Sequence record: SRR20825019_608
Reading direction: 5' to 3' (one strand)
Length of the DNA stretch: 36,286 nt
Position numbers and translations under genes: made by a program. The notes under the pieces were generated by a model, which was not told the origin of the DNA, did not search any database, and saw nothing but the letters and a program-made list of their open reading frames with translations. Of the stretch, positions 8,860 to 19,248 are shown piece after piece (the first letter of the stretch is position 1; every line of letters begins with the position of its first letter).

Positions 8860-11800
8860 ATGAAAATCCTTTCGATGTTAAGGGGCATGCCCCCCTTATA
8901 CTTGAAGTTAGACCTTAAAATGAAACTGACAGTCTATCTTTTTATCATTTCCCTTTTTCATGTTCAGGCCAATTCGTATGCCCAGAACACGAAAATATCC
9001 TTGCACATGGACAATGTAAGCGTTGAAAAAGTATTGCGGGAAATAGAGTCCAATACACAGTTTAAATTCTTGTACAACGATAGTGAAATTGAATATGCTA
9101 AAAAAGTTTCGATCAATGTAAAGAACAAGCGTATTTCCAGAATATTGGATGAGCTGTTCCTTGATACGCCCATAACTTACGAGGTCTTCAAGAAACAGAT
9201 TATACTTAAACGTTCCATGCCCACCGCGGATGAGGATCACCCCAAGAGGGACCGATCAAATCAAGATGACCAACAAACCGTTTCGGGTGCTGTAGAGGAT
9301 GTCGACGGAAACCCTTTGCCTGGGGTCAATGTCCTAGTAGATGGCACGACAAATGGTACCCAGACCGATTTTGATGGCAATTATTCCATTGAGGCGGTTG
9401 AAGGCGATATTCTTGTATTTTCTTATATGGGGATGATATCCCAACGCATAGAGGTGACCTCGGGTACAGTGGATGTGACCATGAAGGAAAACACCAGTCA
9501 ACTGGATGAGGTCGTTGTAGTAGGGTATGGGGTACAGAAGAAGGAGAATCTGACCGGTGCCGTTGGTGAGACCTCTAGTGTGGTCCTTGAAAACAGGGCG
9601 GTCCAGAATGCTGGACAGGCATTACAGGGTACCGTTGCCAACCTGAACGTGACAACGAATCCCGGTTCACCAGGAAGAATCGGTCAAGGATCCGCTTTTC
9701 AGATTAGAGGTCTCGGTGACATCAATGGTGGAGCTTCACCACTGGTACTTATAGATGGGGTACAGGGAGATCTGAACCTGCTCAATCCGGTGGACATAGA
9801 AAGTATTTCCGTACTAAAGGATGCTGCTTCCGCTGCAATTTATGGAGCACGTGCAACCTTTGGGGTTATTTTGGTGACCACTAAAAAAGGATCCAGAAGA
9901 GAGACCAAAGTAAGTATCAATAGTTCAGTATCGAACAATGCCCAGACCGTTTTTCCAAAAACAGTGAATTCTTTGCTTCATGCCCAAACGATGAACGCCG
10001 CTGCTGCCAATTCGGGAATGAACCCGATTTTTGGTCCAGATCAGATGGATAGGATACGACAGTATCTTTCCGATCCCGGAAGTGTTCCCACCACAGTTCC
10101 CGAGCCTGGAGACCCTTCACGGTGGAGTTATGCACTGGGAAATGCAAACGTGGATTACTTTGATGCATATTACAGTGATTCCATGGTAAGCCAAAAGCAT
10201 GATTTTGCGGTAAGTGGCGGAGGGGACAATACGGATTACCGTATCTCCTTGGGCTATCTGGATCAAGATGGGATTTTTGAAATGGGAAAAGACAACTACA
10301 AGAGATACAACCTTTTGGCCAATATCAATACAGATTTGAACGAAAAGCTCAAGTTTAGATTCCAGACCTTGTATAACCGAGGTTTTACCAATGAACCCTA
10401 TGATTATTCCGCACAAACAGGGGATTTGTTCCATATCGCCTACACAAGACCGCCACATTGGCCGTTGTACGACCCAAACGGATATCCTTTATGGACTTCC
10501 GAAATCCAATATTTTGAAGGTTCGAGACGTAAAACTAGGGAGGACGAATTAAAATTGATGGGGACATTGGAATTTGAGCCAGTAAAAGGTTGGAAAACCA
10601 CTGCGAGGTACTCGTATTCCAAATTGATGACGGAAGCCAATGCCCATCAGGCTATTTTACAAGCTCATGATACGGATGGGAATCCATATGATATTCAATC
10701 GGTCAACGCCGTTAGCAAGACCAATGCATCCAGGGACTATGAAAGTTTGGAATTGTTTTCTTCTTATGATAAAACCATCGGCGGGCATTACTTCAATATT
10801 TTAGTCGGGGGTCAGAGAGAGGATTATACCCGCAACGCAATATCGGGCTATGTACCGAACTTGGTTACGGATGCCATACCTTCCTTGAATACGGGTACGG
10901 GTATTCGACAAACATCCGATTCGATTGATGAATGGGTCAATATCGGATTTTTTGGCCGGGTCAACTATAATTATGAAGGGAAATATCTATTCGAGGCCAA
11001 TGCCAGATATGATGGGACCTCGAAATTTCCTGTGGGTAATCAATGGGGCTTTTTTCCGTCTGTATCCGCGGGCTGGAACATCGCCAAGGAAAACTTTTTT
11101 AAGGTAGAGGAGATCAACTCCTTGAAATTAAGGGCATCGTATGGGGAACTAGGAAATCAACAAGTTTCAAATTACCTTTTTTATGCACAAGTGCCCATTC
11201 GTACGAACCTAGGTTATATCATTGATGGGGAACGTCCCAACTATATTTCCGCTCCTGGATTGGTCAGCAATAATTTGACCTGGGCAACTGCGAACACATT
11301 GGATTTCGGTTTGGATGCAACTTTGTTGAAGAATCGTTTGAGCCTAAGTTTTGATTGGTTTGAAAGAAAGACAATGGATATGGTCGGGCCAGCGCAAGCT
11401 TTGCCTTCTATTTTAGGAGTGGGCGTCCCGGTAACCAACAATGCCGATATGGAAACCAAGGGATTTGAGTTGACCTTGGGCTGGAACGATGTCATCAATG
11501 AGGAGTTCAATTATTCGCTTCAACTCAACTTGTCGGACAACTTCTCCAAAGTGACCAGATACAATAGCCCGACCAACAATATCTGGGGTTATTACGAAGG
11601 CAAGGAAATAGGTGAGATTTGGGGATATACCACTGCCGGTATTATCCAGACCGATGAGCAGTTGAACAATATGGCCGACCAAACGACCTATATCTATGGG
11701 GGCAACTGGAATCTTGGGGATATCGAATACACGGATTTGAACGGTGATGGTGTCATATCACAAGGGGAGAATACCATTGAAGACCCTGGAGATCTGACAC

Positions 11801-12309
11801 GGATAGGAAATACCACCCCACGTTATGCCTTTGGATTTACAACCAGGTTCGAATGGAAAGGGTTCGATTTCAATATGTTTTGGCAAGGGATTGCCAAGAG
11901 GGAAGTGTGGCTCGGTGACATCCCGTTCTTTGGACTTACAGGTAGTTGGACGCAGCAAGTGTTCGAAACGACCATGGATTACTGGTCACCGGAAAATACG
12001 GACGCCTATTTTGCCAGACCCTATGCAACCGGGGAAATCAGCAAAAACCAACAACGGCAAACCAGATTTTTACAAGATGCTTCCTATGCACGGTTGAAAA
12101 ACCTTCAATTGGGCTACTCCCTCCCGAATTCGGTTCTGGACCCCTTGGGCTTTAGTAGGCTTAGGGTTTACGTGAGCGGGGAAAACTTATTGACCTTTTC
12201 TCCCATTGATGAGAATTTTGACCCGGAAAGATTACATGGAAACTATGGTCCGGGTAAATCATACCCGTTGTTTAGAACAATCACCATGGGTGTAAATATT
12301 GAATTTTAA
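8860..12309 (+). CDS. susC: SusC/RagA-family TonB-dependent transporter with N-terminal STN signalling domain
   Basis: STN domain, carboxypeptidase-like domain (GNPLPGVNV...GTQTDFDGNY), LDEVVVVGYG, plug motif DIESISVLKDAASAAIYGARATFGVILVTTKKG and C-terminal F. An alternative start at 8920 is possible. Confidence 0.97.
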   Translation: MKILSMLRGMPPLYLKLDLKMKLTVYLFIISLFHVQANSYAQNTKISLHMDNVSVEKVLREIESNTQFKFLYNDSEIEYAKKVSINVKNKRISRILDELFLDTPITYEVFKKQIILKRSMPTADEDHPKRDRSNQDDQQTVSGAVEDVDGNPLPGVNVLVDGTTNGTQTDFDGNYSIEAVEGDILVFSYMGMISQRIEVTSGTVDVTMKENTSQLDEVVVVGYGVQKKENLTGAVGETSSVVLENRAVQNAGQALQGTVANLNVTTNPGSPGRIGQGSAFQIRGLGDINGGASPLVLIDGVQGDLNLLNPVDIESISVLKDAASAAIYGARATFGVILVTTKKGSRRETKVSINSSVSNNAQTVFPKTVNSLLHAQTMNAAAANSGMNPIFGPDQMDRIRQYLSDPGSVPTTVPEPGDPSRWSYALGNANVDYFDAYYSDSMVSQKHDFAVSGGGDNTDYRISLGYLDQDGIFEMGKDNYKRYNLLANINTDLNEKLKFRFQTLYNRGFTNEPYDYSAQTGDLFHIAYTRPPHWPLYDPNGYPLWTSEIQYFEGSRRKTREDELKLMGTLEFEPVKGWKTTARYSYSKLMTEANAHQAILQAHDTDGNPYDIQSVNAVSKTNASRDYESLELFSSYDKTIGGHYFNILVGGQREDYTRNAISGYVPNLVTDAIPSLNTGTGIRQTSDSIDEWVNIGFFGRVNYNYEGKYLFEANARYDGTSKFPVGNQWGFFPSVSAGWNIAKENFFKVEEINSLKLRASYGELGNQQVSNYLFYAQVPIRTNLGYIIDGERPNYISAPGLVSNNLTWATANTLDFGLDATLLKNRLSLSFDWFERKTMDMVGPAQALPSILGVGVPVTNNADMETKGFELTLGWNDVINEEFNYSLQLNLSDNFSKVTRYNSPTNNIWGYYEGKEIGEIWGYTTAGIIQTDEQLNNMADQTTYIYGGNWNLGDIEYTDLNGDGVISQGENTIEDPGDLTRIGNTTPRYAFGFTTRFEWKGFDFNMFWQGIAKREVWLGDIPFFGLTGSWTQQVFETTMDYWSPENTDAYFARPYATGEISKNQQRQTRFLQDASYARLKNLQLGYSLPNSVLDPLGFSRLRVYVSGENLLTFSPIDENFDPERLHGNYGPGKSYPLFRTITMGVNIEF

Positions 12310-12311
12310 AA

Positions 12312-14084
12312 ATGGACATGATCATGAAAAAACATACACTAGTCATAATGATGGCCGTACTATTTGTTGCGATGCTATCATGCGAAGATGAATTGACCAC
12401 TATTCCGAAGGACACCATCACGGACCAAGGAATTACCTTCTCGGCCAATGAAATGGAGATGTACGCCAATCAGTTTTATACATCCTTGCCCGGAACCATG
12501 GCCGCATGGGCTTGGGAGTCGGATGCCGCATCGGATAATGATGTGCCCGCATCCTTTACATCGTATCCATTGGCATTCGGAACCCAGACGATTCCGGCAT
12601 CCGGAGGAGGCTGGAATTGGGGCAATATTAGAAATGTGAATTTTTTCCTGGATAATATCTCGGTATCCGAGGCTCCGCAATCGGCCCAGGACAAATATCT
12701 GGGGGAAATCCTGTTCTTCAAGGCCTTCTTTTATTTTGACCTGATGAAAAGGTTCGGTGACCTGCCATGGTTGGAAACTACACTGGATGTGGACTCCCCG
12801 GAACTTTTCGAAGGGCGTCTTTCAAGATCGGTAGTTGCCGATTCCATACTTTCTGTATTGGACCGTTCCATTGAGAAGCTCCCAGTAAAATCGCAAACCC
12901 AATATGGTCGTATACATAGGGATGTGGCGCTACTATTTAAAGCAAGGGTGGCACTTTATGAAGGAACTTGGGAAAAGTATCACGCAGGAACCCCTTTTGA
13001 GGGAGATGGAAGGGACGTTGATAGATTTTTCACCCAAGCAAGGGATGCTGCTGAAGAAGTTATGGAAAGTGGATATACGTTGTACAGCGATTTTTCACAT
13101 CCCGAAATTCCGGAAGGCTTTAGTTACTGGAGGTTGTTCTCAACTCCCAGTTCCGAAATTTCAAGTATTTCCGAAGTATTGCTGGCCAGAGAGTATAGTG
13201 CCGATTTGGATTTGATCTATTGGGGCCAGCAGATCAGGACCTCTGGTGGGCCAAACGGACATGGAATTTCAAAATCTTTGGTGGATGCCTATTTGTGTGA
13301 TGATGGGTTGCCGATTTCGGTAAGTCCAGAATATATGGGGGATGAAACACTGGAGAATGTTACGACCAATAGAGACCCTCGCTTGAAAATGACCGTATCC
13401 ACACCAGGAATACCGATTAAGATTTTCAATGGTGTGGTCGATACATACGAACTCCCTTTTCTAACATTGAACCCATGGCCCAATACTACGGGATATCAAA
13501 TATATAAGTGGCTCAGTCCTTTTATAGCAACTGAGGATGCATCTGGTAACAATACCTCCAATGCCGTTCCTTTGTTCAGGTATGCCGAAGCATTATTGAT
13601 TGCTGCTGAAGCACATGAAGAATTAGGGACTTGTACCCAGGCAGTGTTGGATAGGACCATCAATTTACTGAGGGACAGAGCAGGAGTTCCCCATCTCGAT
13701 GTGAGTGTTGGATTTTCCGACCCCAATTGGAATTTTCCCGGCTTGTCTCCCCTAATGAACGAGATCAGAAGGGAGAGAAGAGTGGAATTGGCCTTCGAAG
13801 GATTTAGAAGAGACGATCTGTACCGCTGGGCAGCCACGGATTTGATTCGAGCGCCCCGACTTGGGTCCAAATTGGAGCAATGGAGGGACCGATCTTTTGA
13901 GCCTGCATATGATGTGGATGAAGTATCTCAACGGATAGAAAATGTCGATGGCTACATTTCTCCTTTATTACAGACCTTCGGCGAAGGGGAAGTTGGCTTT
14001 GATCCTTCAAAAAATTACTTGGCACCATTGCCCGTAGATCAACTTACATTGAACCCAAACTTGGAGCAAAACCCAGGTTACTAG
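12312..14084 (+). CDS. susD: SusD/RagB-family outer-membrane glycan-binding lipoprotein
   Basis: Lipobox MLSC, and motifs YFDLMKRFGDLPW, RYAEALL, EIRRERRVELAFEGFRRDDLYRW and terminal NPNLEQNPGY. The start may be 12324. Confidence 0.97.
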   Translation: MDMIMKKHTLVIMMAVLFVAMLSCEDELTTIPKDTITDQGITFSANEMEMYANQFYTSLPGTMAAWAWESDAASDNDVPASFTSYPLAFGTQTIPASGGGWNWGNIRNVNFFLDNISVSEAPQSAQDKYLGEILFFKAFFYFDLMKRFGDLPWLETTLDVDSPELFEGRLSRSVVADSILSVLDRSIEKLPVKSQTQYGRIHRDVALLFKARVALYEGTWEKYHAGTPFEGDGRDVDRFFTQARDAAEEVMESGYTLYSDFSHPEIPEGFSYWRLFSTPSSEISSISEVLLAREYSADLDLIYWGQQIRTSGGPNGHGISKSLVDAYLCDDGLPISVSPEYMGDETLENVTTNRDPRLKMTVSTPGIPIKIFNGVVDTYELPFLTLNPWPNTTGYQIYKWLSPFIATEDASGNNTSNAVPLFRYAEALLIAAEAHEELGTCTQAVLDRTINLLRDRAGVPHLDVSVGFSDPNWNFPGLSPLMNEIRRERRVELAFEGFRRDDLYRWAATDLIRAPRLGSKLEQWRDRSFEPAYDVDEVSQRIENVDGYISPLLQTFGEGEVGFDPSKNYLAPLPVDQLTLNPNLEQNPGY

Positions 14085-14107
14085 CCATTACGCCTATTAA
14101 AAAGCGG

Positions 14108-14150
14108 TTTAGTTGTGGCCTTTCGATTTTCTGGAAGGCCACAAACTAAA
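14108..14150. terminator. Stem-loop after susD (terminator or mRNA-stabilising hairpin)
   Basis: Imperfect inverted repeat TTTAGTTGTGGCCTTTC...GAAGGCCACAAACTAAA, with no clean U-tract on the + strand. Confidence 0.55.
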
Positions 14151-14242
14151 TCATGGATTGTTTTATGGATATTCCCATCTTTTAGGGACTTCCAACAACC
14201 AGATTGTGTTCTGTAAACCTTCTATAACCATAACCTTACGTA

Positions 14243-16417
14243 ATGAAATCAGTTCTGAAAACACTTATGTTCTTAGGGCCTTTGGCCATTATTTATATCC
14301 TATTTGTCCATTATGCATCACCTCAGAAAATACATGTTTACTGTAATGAAAGCAATGATCTATATGGGGTCATCCAAAAATTGGAGCATTTAAAAGTGGT
14401 TCGCTATAATAATCTAGAGCAATTGATGCATGGCGTTGGTCCTGGGGAACCATCACTTATTTTAGCAGACAGTTACCCAGGTGAACGCTTGACGTTTCCA
14501 GAGAATTTTTTCAATCTATTAAAGGAGAGGAAAAGTCGTTTTTATGTCGAGTTTGCAGATCGGCTCCCAGGGGTAGTGACCCAACCGAAAAATGAAACGC
14601 CAAGGTATGAACGGGCGGTGGTCAACTCTTCTTTTTTTGGAAGTTCAGTGGATAGTTTGGACATCTTGGCCGTTAATGGACTTACGTATGTTCCGGTCCA
14701 AGTTTCCGAGGCACATATGGTAGCAACTAGAGTAGCTGGCCTGGATAGCGCCATTTATGGAATTCCAGAATCGACTAATCCCCTGCTGTTTGAATTAAAC
14801 GGTTATGAAGGGTTGGTATCCACTACGGGACTGAGCAATTTCCTTAAGGGAAGGTATGCCCCACAAGAGGAATGGCAAGGGGTTTGGAAAGGTATTCTCC
14901 ATTATTTGCTCGGCGATACCTTGAGCATCGATACATTGGAATGGGAACCTAAAATTCGAACGACCTATGCTAGTAAAGAATCATTGCCGGAGGATGTCCG
15001 CAGAAAAAGTATCCAGCGGGGAATGGCATGGTTTCAAAATGCCAAAATGCTGGTCCCGGAGAACTATAACGTGATATTGGGGAACCGCCCCGACAAAGAT
15101 ATCAAGACCGAGTTTATCAACTGGAGCGACACCATTCCCGTAGGGGATGGTAGCAGTGGGGTATTCGAATGTATTTTTTCCAGGATAGATGAAAGGGGAA
15201 ACCAACCCATTGGCGTCGTACTCAGGGGGGATTGCACCGGTGAGGTAGCGGGAGCTTTTGCTACATCCGGTAAGTTTCTTGATAGAAGGGACAACTACAA
15301 GGTCGCCAATAATCTTTTGGCCTTTTATTTGAAAGAATCCCCCGCTTTGAAAGGGGCATATGGAGACCCTGGACATGGTGCTTATGGTCTTGTCCCTTGG
15401 GGCATTTCCAGCTATGCCTGGTATAAGGCCAATTATGGGGATGATAATGCCCGTCTTTTTCTTGGTGCCATCATCACTACGGCAATCACAGGGAACCTTG
15501 AACATGACAATACATTGATGCGAATGTTGCTCGCATTGTACAGGACCACGGGCAAGAATGGTTTCAGAGGGGATAGGATAGATTTGCCCCAATTACAGGA
15601 AAATGGATGGCAACATTATTATGATGGTGAAGTCCTAAACCTTTCCCCGCATATGGAGGCATATCTCTGGGCCTGTTTTCTCTGGGCCTATGATAAGACC
15701 GGAGACCCTATTTTTCTGGAACGTACCAAAAAAGCGATAAAGACCACGATGGAAGGCTATCCGGATAAATGGAAATGGATGAACGGATTGGCCCAGGAAA
15801 AGGCTAGGATCATTTTGCCCCTGGCTTGGTTGGTACGGGTGGAAGATTCTTATGAAAACAGGAAAATGCTCTATACTGCCCTGGACGGCTTATTGGAGCT
15901 CCAGGATGAGAGCGGTGCCATTAGGGAAGAATTGGGAAGCATCGAAAAGGGCGTTTTCCCACCTTCCAAGAGCAATGCCGACTATGGTCTGCACGAAGCC
16001 TCCCTGATTGCCAAGAACGGGGATTCCGTAAGCGATCTCCTCTATACTACAAATTTTGCTTTGGTTGGCCTTCATGAAGCATGGTATACCCTTAAGGATC
16101 CAAAGATAAAGGCCGCCCTTGACCAATTATCAGAGTTTCTCTTCCGTATCCAGGTAAAATCTCCGGAACATCCCGAGCTGGACGGAGGGTGGATGAGGGC
16201 CTTTGATTTTGAAAGGTTCGAACATTGGGGGTCAAATGCGGATGCCGGTTGGGGAGCTTGGGCCATCGAAAGTGGGTGGACACAGGGCTGGATTACGACC
16301 ATACTGTCCCTTCGTGGTCTGGACACCTCTATTTGGGACCTGACCCGGCAATCGGAGATAGGGGACCATTATAGCCAATTAAAGAAGGAAATGTTGCCTT
16401 CCACTGAACATCGATAG
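14243..16417 (+). CDS. Exported or membrane-anchored hypothetical protein with a probable (alpha/alpha)-barrel C-terminal domain; candidate carbohydrate-active enzyme
   Basis: 724-aa ORF in operon position after susD. N-terminal hydrophobic segment and a Trp/Tyr/Asp/Glu-rich helical C-terminal half (YGDDNAR, SPHMEAYLWAC, DLLYTTNF, GGWMRAFD, WAIESGWT). The fold is inferred, not computed. Confidence 0.8.
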   Translation: MKSVLKTLMFLGPLAIIYILFVHYASPQKIHVYCNESNDLYGVIQKLEHLKVVRYNNLEQLMHGVGPGEPSLILADSYPGERLTFPENFFNLLKERKSRFYVEFADRLPGVVTQPKNETPRYERAVVNSSFFGSSVDSLDILAVNGLTYVPVQVSEAHMVATRVAGLDSAIYGIPESTNPLLFELNGYEGLVSTTGLSNFLKGRYAPQEEWQGVWKGILHYLLGDTLSIDTLEWEPKIRTTYASKESLPEDVRRKSIQRGMAWFQNAKMLVPENYNVILGNRPDKDIKTEFINWSDTIPVGDGSSGVFECIFSRIDERGNQPIGVVLRGDCTGEVAGAFATSGKFLDRRDNYKVANNLLAFYLKESPALKGAYGDPGHGAYGLVPWGISSYAWYKANYGDDNARLFLGAIITTAITGNLEHDNTLMRMLLALYRTTGKNGFRGDRIDLPQLQENGWQHYYDGEVLNLSPHMEAYLWACFLWAYDKTGDPIFLERTKKAIKTTMEGYPDKWKWMNGLAQEKARIILPLAWLVRVEDSYENRKMLYTALDGLLELQDESGAIREELGSIEKGVFPPSKSNADYGLHEASLIAKNGDSVSDLLYTTNFALVGLHEAWYTLKDPKIKAALDQLSEFLFRIQVKSPEHPELDGGWMRAFDFERFEHWGSNADAGWGAWAIESGWTQGWITTILSLRGLDTSIWDLTRQSEIGDHYSQLKKEMLPSTEHR

Positions 16418-16448
16418 GATAAAACAACCAAAGACAATAGGAATTACA

Positions 16449-17666
16449 TTGGAAAACAAGAAAGATATAACAGAGGACTTGGACGGACTGAAAGAGGTCT
16501 ATCGTTCCGCACTTTTTGACGATTTGGTACCGTGGTGGGAAACCCATTCCGTTGATCAAATAAAGGGAGGTTTTTTGACGCGTCTCGCTAAGGATGGTAC
16601 ACCTTATTCCGAGGACAAGGATATGTGGATGACGGGCAGGCAGGTATGGATGTTCAGTCATTTGTACAACCGGTTCGAAAAGCGGGAACAATGGAAGGAA
16701 ATTGCTGGACATGGATTGGACTTTATGCTCGAGCATGCATTTTGTGATAATGGAAAGGTGCATTTTAGACTGGATGGCCATGGTAGGCCGGTATCCTCGG
16801 TACTGAGCTTGTACACCGAGGTTTTTTGCGCTATTGCATTGGCCGAATATGCAGCACTGGCAAAAGATGACCAATTAAAGGACCGGGCTTTCAGGATGTA
16901 CGATTTTTTACTGGGTAGGCTCGGGCAGCCATCGGACACCCCTATGCTGGGGTATCCGCTCAATAGGAAGTTTCACTTACATTCCCATGATATGTGCAGG
17001 ATTACGGTGGCTAAGGTTTTCAAGGATATTTGGCCTTTGAAACGTTTTGATCATGACATTACCTTGTCCATAGAATCCATACTGAAAAGACATTGGAAAC
17101 CGGATCAAGGCTATCTTTTGGAAAATGTTGGGATGGATGGATCGAGCATGTTGGATATCCCGGAAGGCCGTCTCTTTCACCCGGGGCATGCCATAGAGAG
17201 TGCATGGATGATCATGGAAATCGGTATCGAGCGCAAGGAGGAATACTGGATCAATGAGGCGGTAGCTATCATATTGGCATCAATGGAACATGGTTGGGAC
17301 AAAGATTTTGGGGGTATCCGCTACCTTACGAATATCGATTGGACCCCTACACATGAACTGGAAGCAGACCTGAAATTATGGTGGCCCCATGGAGAGGCGT
17401 TGTATGCTCTCTTGCTGGGATGGCTCCAAACGGGAAGGGATGATTTGAAGGTGTGGTATCAAAAAGTCCATCACTATACGTTTACGCATTTTCCCGATAG
17501 GGAACATGGCGAATGGTATGGCTATCTAAATCGGGATGGAAGCCCGGTCTGGTCAATGAAGGCCAATGGATGGAAAGGATTTTTCCACATCCCCAGGATA
17601 CTGTTAAGGTGTCATCAATTATTGGAGCTCACCATCAAATCAGATGCAGGAAATGACCGATTTTAA
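16449..17666 (+). CDS. AGE-family epimerase (N-acylglucosamine 2-epimerase-like)
   Basis: DKDMWMTGRQVWMFS, HPGHAIESAW, KLWWPHGEA, GEWYGYLNRDG and KGFFHIPR, with both catalytic His motifs. TTG start. Confidence 0.92.
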   Translation: MENKKDITEDLDGLKEVYRSALFDDLVPWWETHSVDQIKGGFLTRLAKDGTPYSEDKDMWMTGRQVWMFSHLYNRFEKREQWKEIAGHGLDFMLEHAFCDNGKVHFRLDGHGRPVSSVLSLYTEVFCAIALAEYAALAKDDQLKDRAFRMYDFLLGRLGQPSDTPMLGYPLNRKFHLHSHDMCRITVAKVFKDIWPLKRFDHDITLSIESILKRHWKPDQGYLLENVGMDGSSMLDIPEGRLFHPGHAIESAWMIMEIGIERKEEYWINEAVAIILASMEHGWDKDFGGIRYLTNIDWTPTHELEADLKLWWPHGEALYALLLGWLQTGRDDLKVWYQKVHHYTFTHFPDREHGEWYGYLNRDGSPVWSMKANGWKGFFHIPRILLRCHQLLELTIKSDAGNDRF

Positions 17667-19092
17667 CAGTAAGGTGGGCGCAGCGTCGTCAGGCAGCTCT
17701 CTTTTAGTGGTACAGGTTTGTTTGGTGGCCTCCTTGGGAGGACTGCTGTTCGGTTTTGATACCGCTGTTATTTCTGGGACCATTGGTATGGTAGAGACCC
17801 AATTTGGCTTGGATAAAGTGGAGGTCGGGTGGTTTGGAAGTGCAGCCTTGATAGGTGCAATTATCGGTTCGTTGATCTCGGGTGCACTTGGGGACCGATA
17901 TGGGCGCAGGTATATACTCCTTGTTTCAGCCGTACTTTTTTTTCTCTCTGCGTTGGGGTCTACTTTGCCATCCTCCTTTAGTGCATTGATCATTGCTAGG
18001 CTTGTCGGTGGCCTGGGAATAGGTATTGCCTCTGTCTTGGCGCCACTATATATCTCTGAGTTTTCCCCGGCCAAAATACGGGGACGTCTTGTGGCATTGT
18101 ACCAATTATCAATTGTCATCGGCATATTATTGGCCTATTTCTCCAACTGGGCCGTATTGGGCCTTGTCCAGATGGATTCGATTGGCCTTGAGGGGATGGA
18201 AACTCTCAAAAAGATTATGGTATCGGAAACCTGGAGGGCGATGTTCGGAACCGAGATGTTGCCCGCTCTTTTGTTCTTCTTGCTGTTATGGACCATTCCT
18301 GAAAGTCCAAGATGGTTGATCAAGGAAGGGAAAGACAAAAAAGCCATGGCCATATTGGAGCGCATAAACGGACGACGCTCCTTACCTGTCGAATTCAATA
18401 CAATTGTAGAGTCCCTGTCCCAAAAAGGAGGCTTACTGAAAGAGCTGACCCAGCCAGGTTTTAAAAGGGCACTGATCGCAGGACTGGGACTTTCCATATT
18501 TGGGCAGTTTACCGGAGTGAACATCATTGTCTATTATGGCCCGGATATACTAAGCGATGCAGGCATCAACTTTGATGGGGCCCTAAAATTCCAAGTAGCG
18601 ATAGGGTTTATCAACCTTGTTTTTACGGCACTGGCGCTTTGGAAAATAGATAGTTGGGGACGTAGGCCACTTTTGATATGGGGCATGTCATCCGTTTGTA
18701 TATCCTTGATCGTTATAGGTGTTTTGTTTTCTTTGCCATCCATTCCCAGTATTTGGGTCGTAGCCATGCTGTGCATCTATATGGCAAGCTTGGCATTTTC
18801 CATAAACGCCGTCATATGGGTTCTATTGGGGGAACTGTACCCTACACAGATCAGGGGACGTGCGATGTCATTGGTGACCTTCGCCAATTGGGGCGCCAAT
18901 TTCGGGACTGCATTTTTGTTTCCTTGGCTTGTTTCCGTGATCGGAATGGATTCGAGCTTCTTTCTTTTTGCAGTTTTTTGTTTTTTGGCAACAATTTTTT
19001 TCCATCAAATGATACCGGAGACCAAGGGCAGGACACTTGAGGAGATTGAAGAATATTGGAGAGACCATGATGCCCAGGATGCGGAACCTTGA
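17644..19092 (+). CDS. Sugar porter family MFS transporter (XylE-like)
   Basis: GGLLFGFDTAVISG, DRYGRR, PLYISE...RGRL, PESPRWL, QFTGVN and PETKGRTLEEIE. The start may be 17653. Confidence 0.96.
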   Translation: MQEMTDFNSKVGAASSGSSLLVVQVCLVASLGGLLFGFDTAVISGTIGMVETQFGLDKVEVGWFGSAALIGAIIGSLISGALGDRYGRRYILLVSAVLFFLSALGSTLPSSFSALIIARLVGGLGIGIASVLAPLYISEFSPAKIRGRLVALYQLSIVIGILLAYFSNWAVLGLVQMDSIGLEGMETLKKIMVSETWRAMFGTEMLPALLFFLLLWTIPESPRWLIKEGKDKKAMAILERINGRRSLPVEFNTIVESLSQKGGLLKELTQPGFKRALIAGLGLSIFGQFTGVNIIVYYGPDILSDAGINFDGALKFQVAIGFINLVFTALALWKIDSWGRRPLLIWGMSSVCISLIVIGVLFSLPSIPSIWVVAMLCIYMASLAFSINAVIWVLLGELYPTQIRGRAMSLVTFANWGANFGTAFLFPWLVSVIGMDSSFFLFAVFCFLATIFFHQMIPETKGRTLEEIEEYWRDHDAQDAEP

Positions 19093-19248
19093 TAAAGACC
19101 GGCACTTGAACGGTTACGGCTAGGTTACACTTTTCAAATATTGTACGACAATCGAATTTCTTAGAGGCGGCATAAAAAGTTTTTTATGAGTAATATTGTC
19201 CATGTATTGAAAAAATGATAATCCAATAATTTTATATATTCGGCTGTT

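Noticed and set aside
14981-15592. 203-aa minus-strand ORF
   Set aside because: Antisense shadow of the 724-aa gene with no motifs.
16329-16874. 181-aa minus-strand ORF
   Set aside because: Antisense to two well-supported + strand genes with no motifs.
17640-18527. 161-aa and 130-aa minus-strand ORFs
   Set aside because: Typical shadows of the hydrophobic MFS transporter gene.
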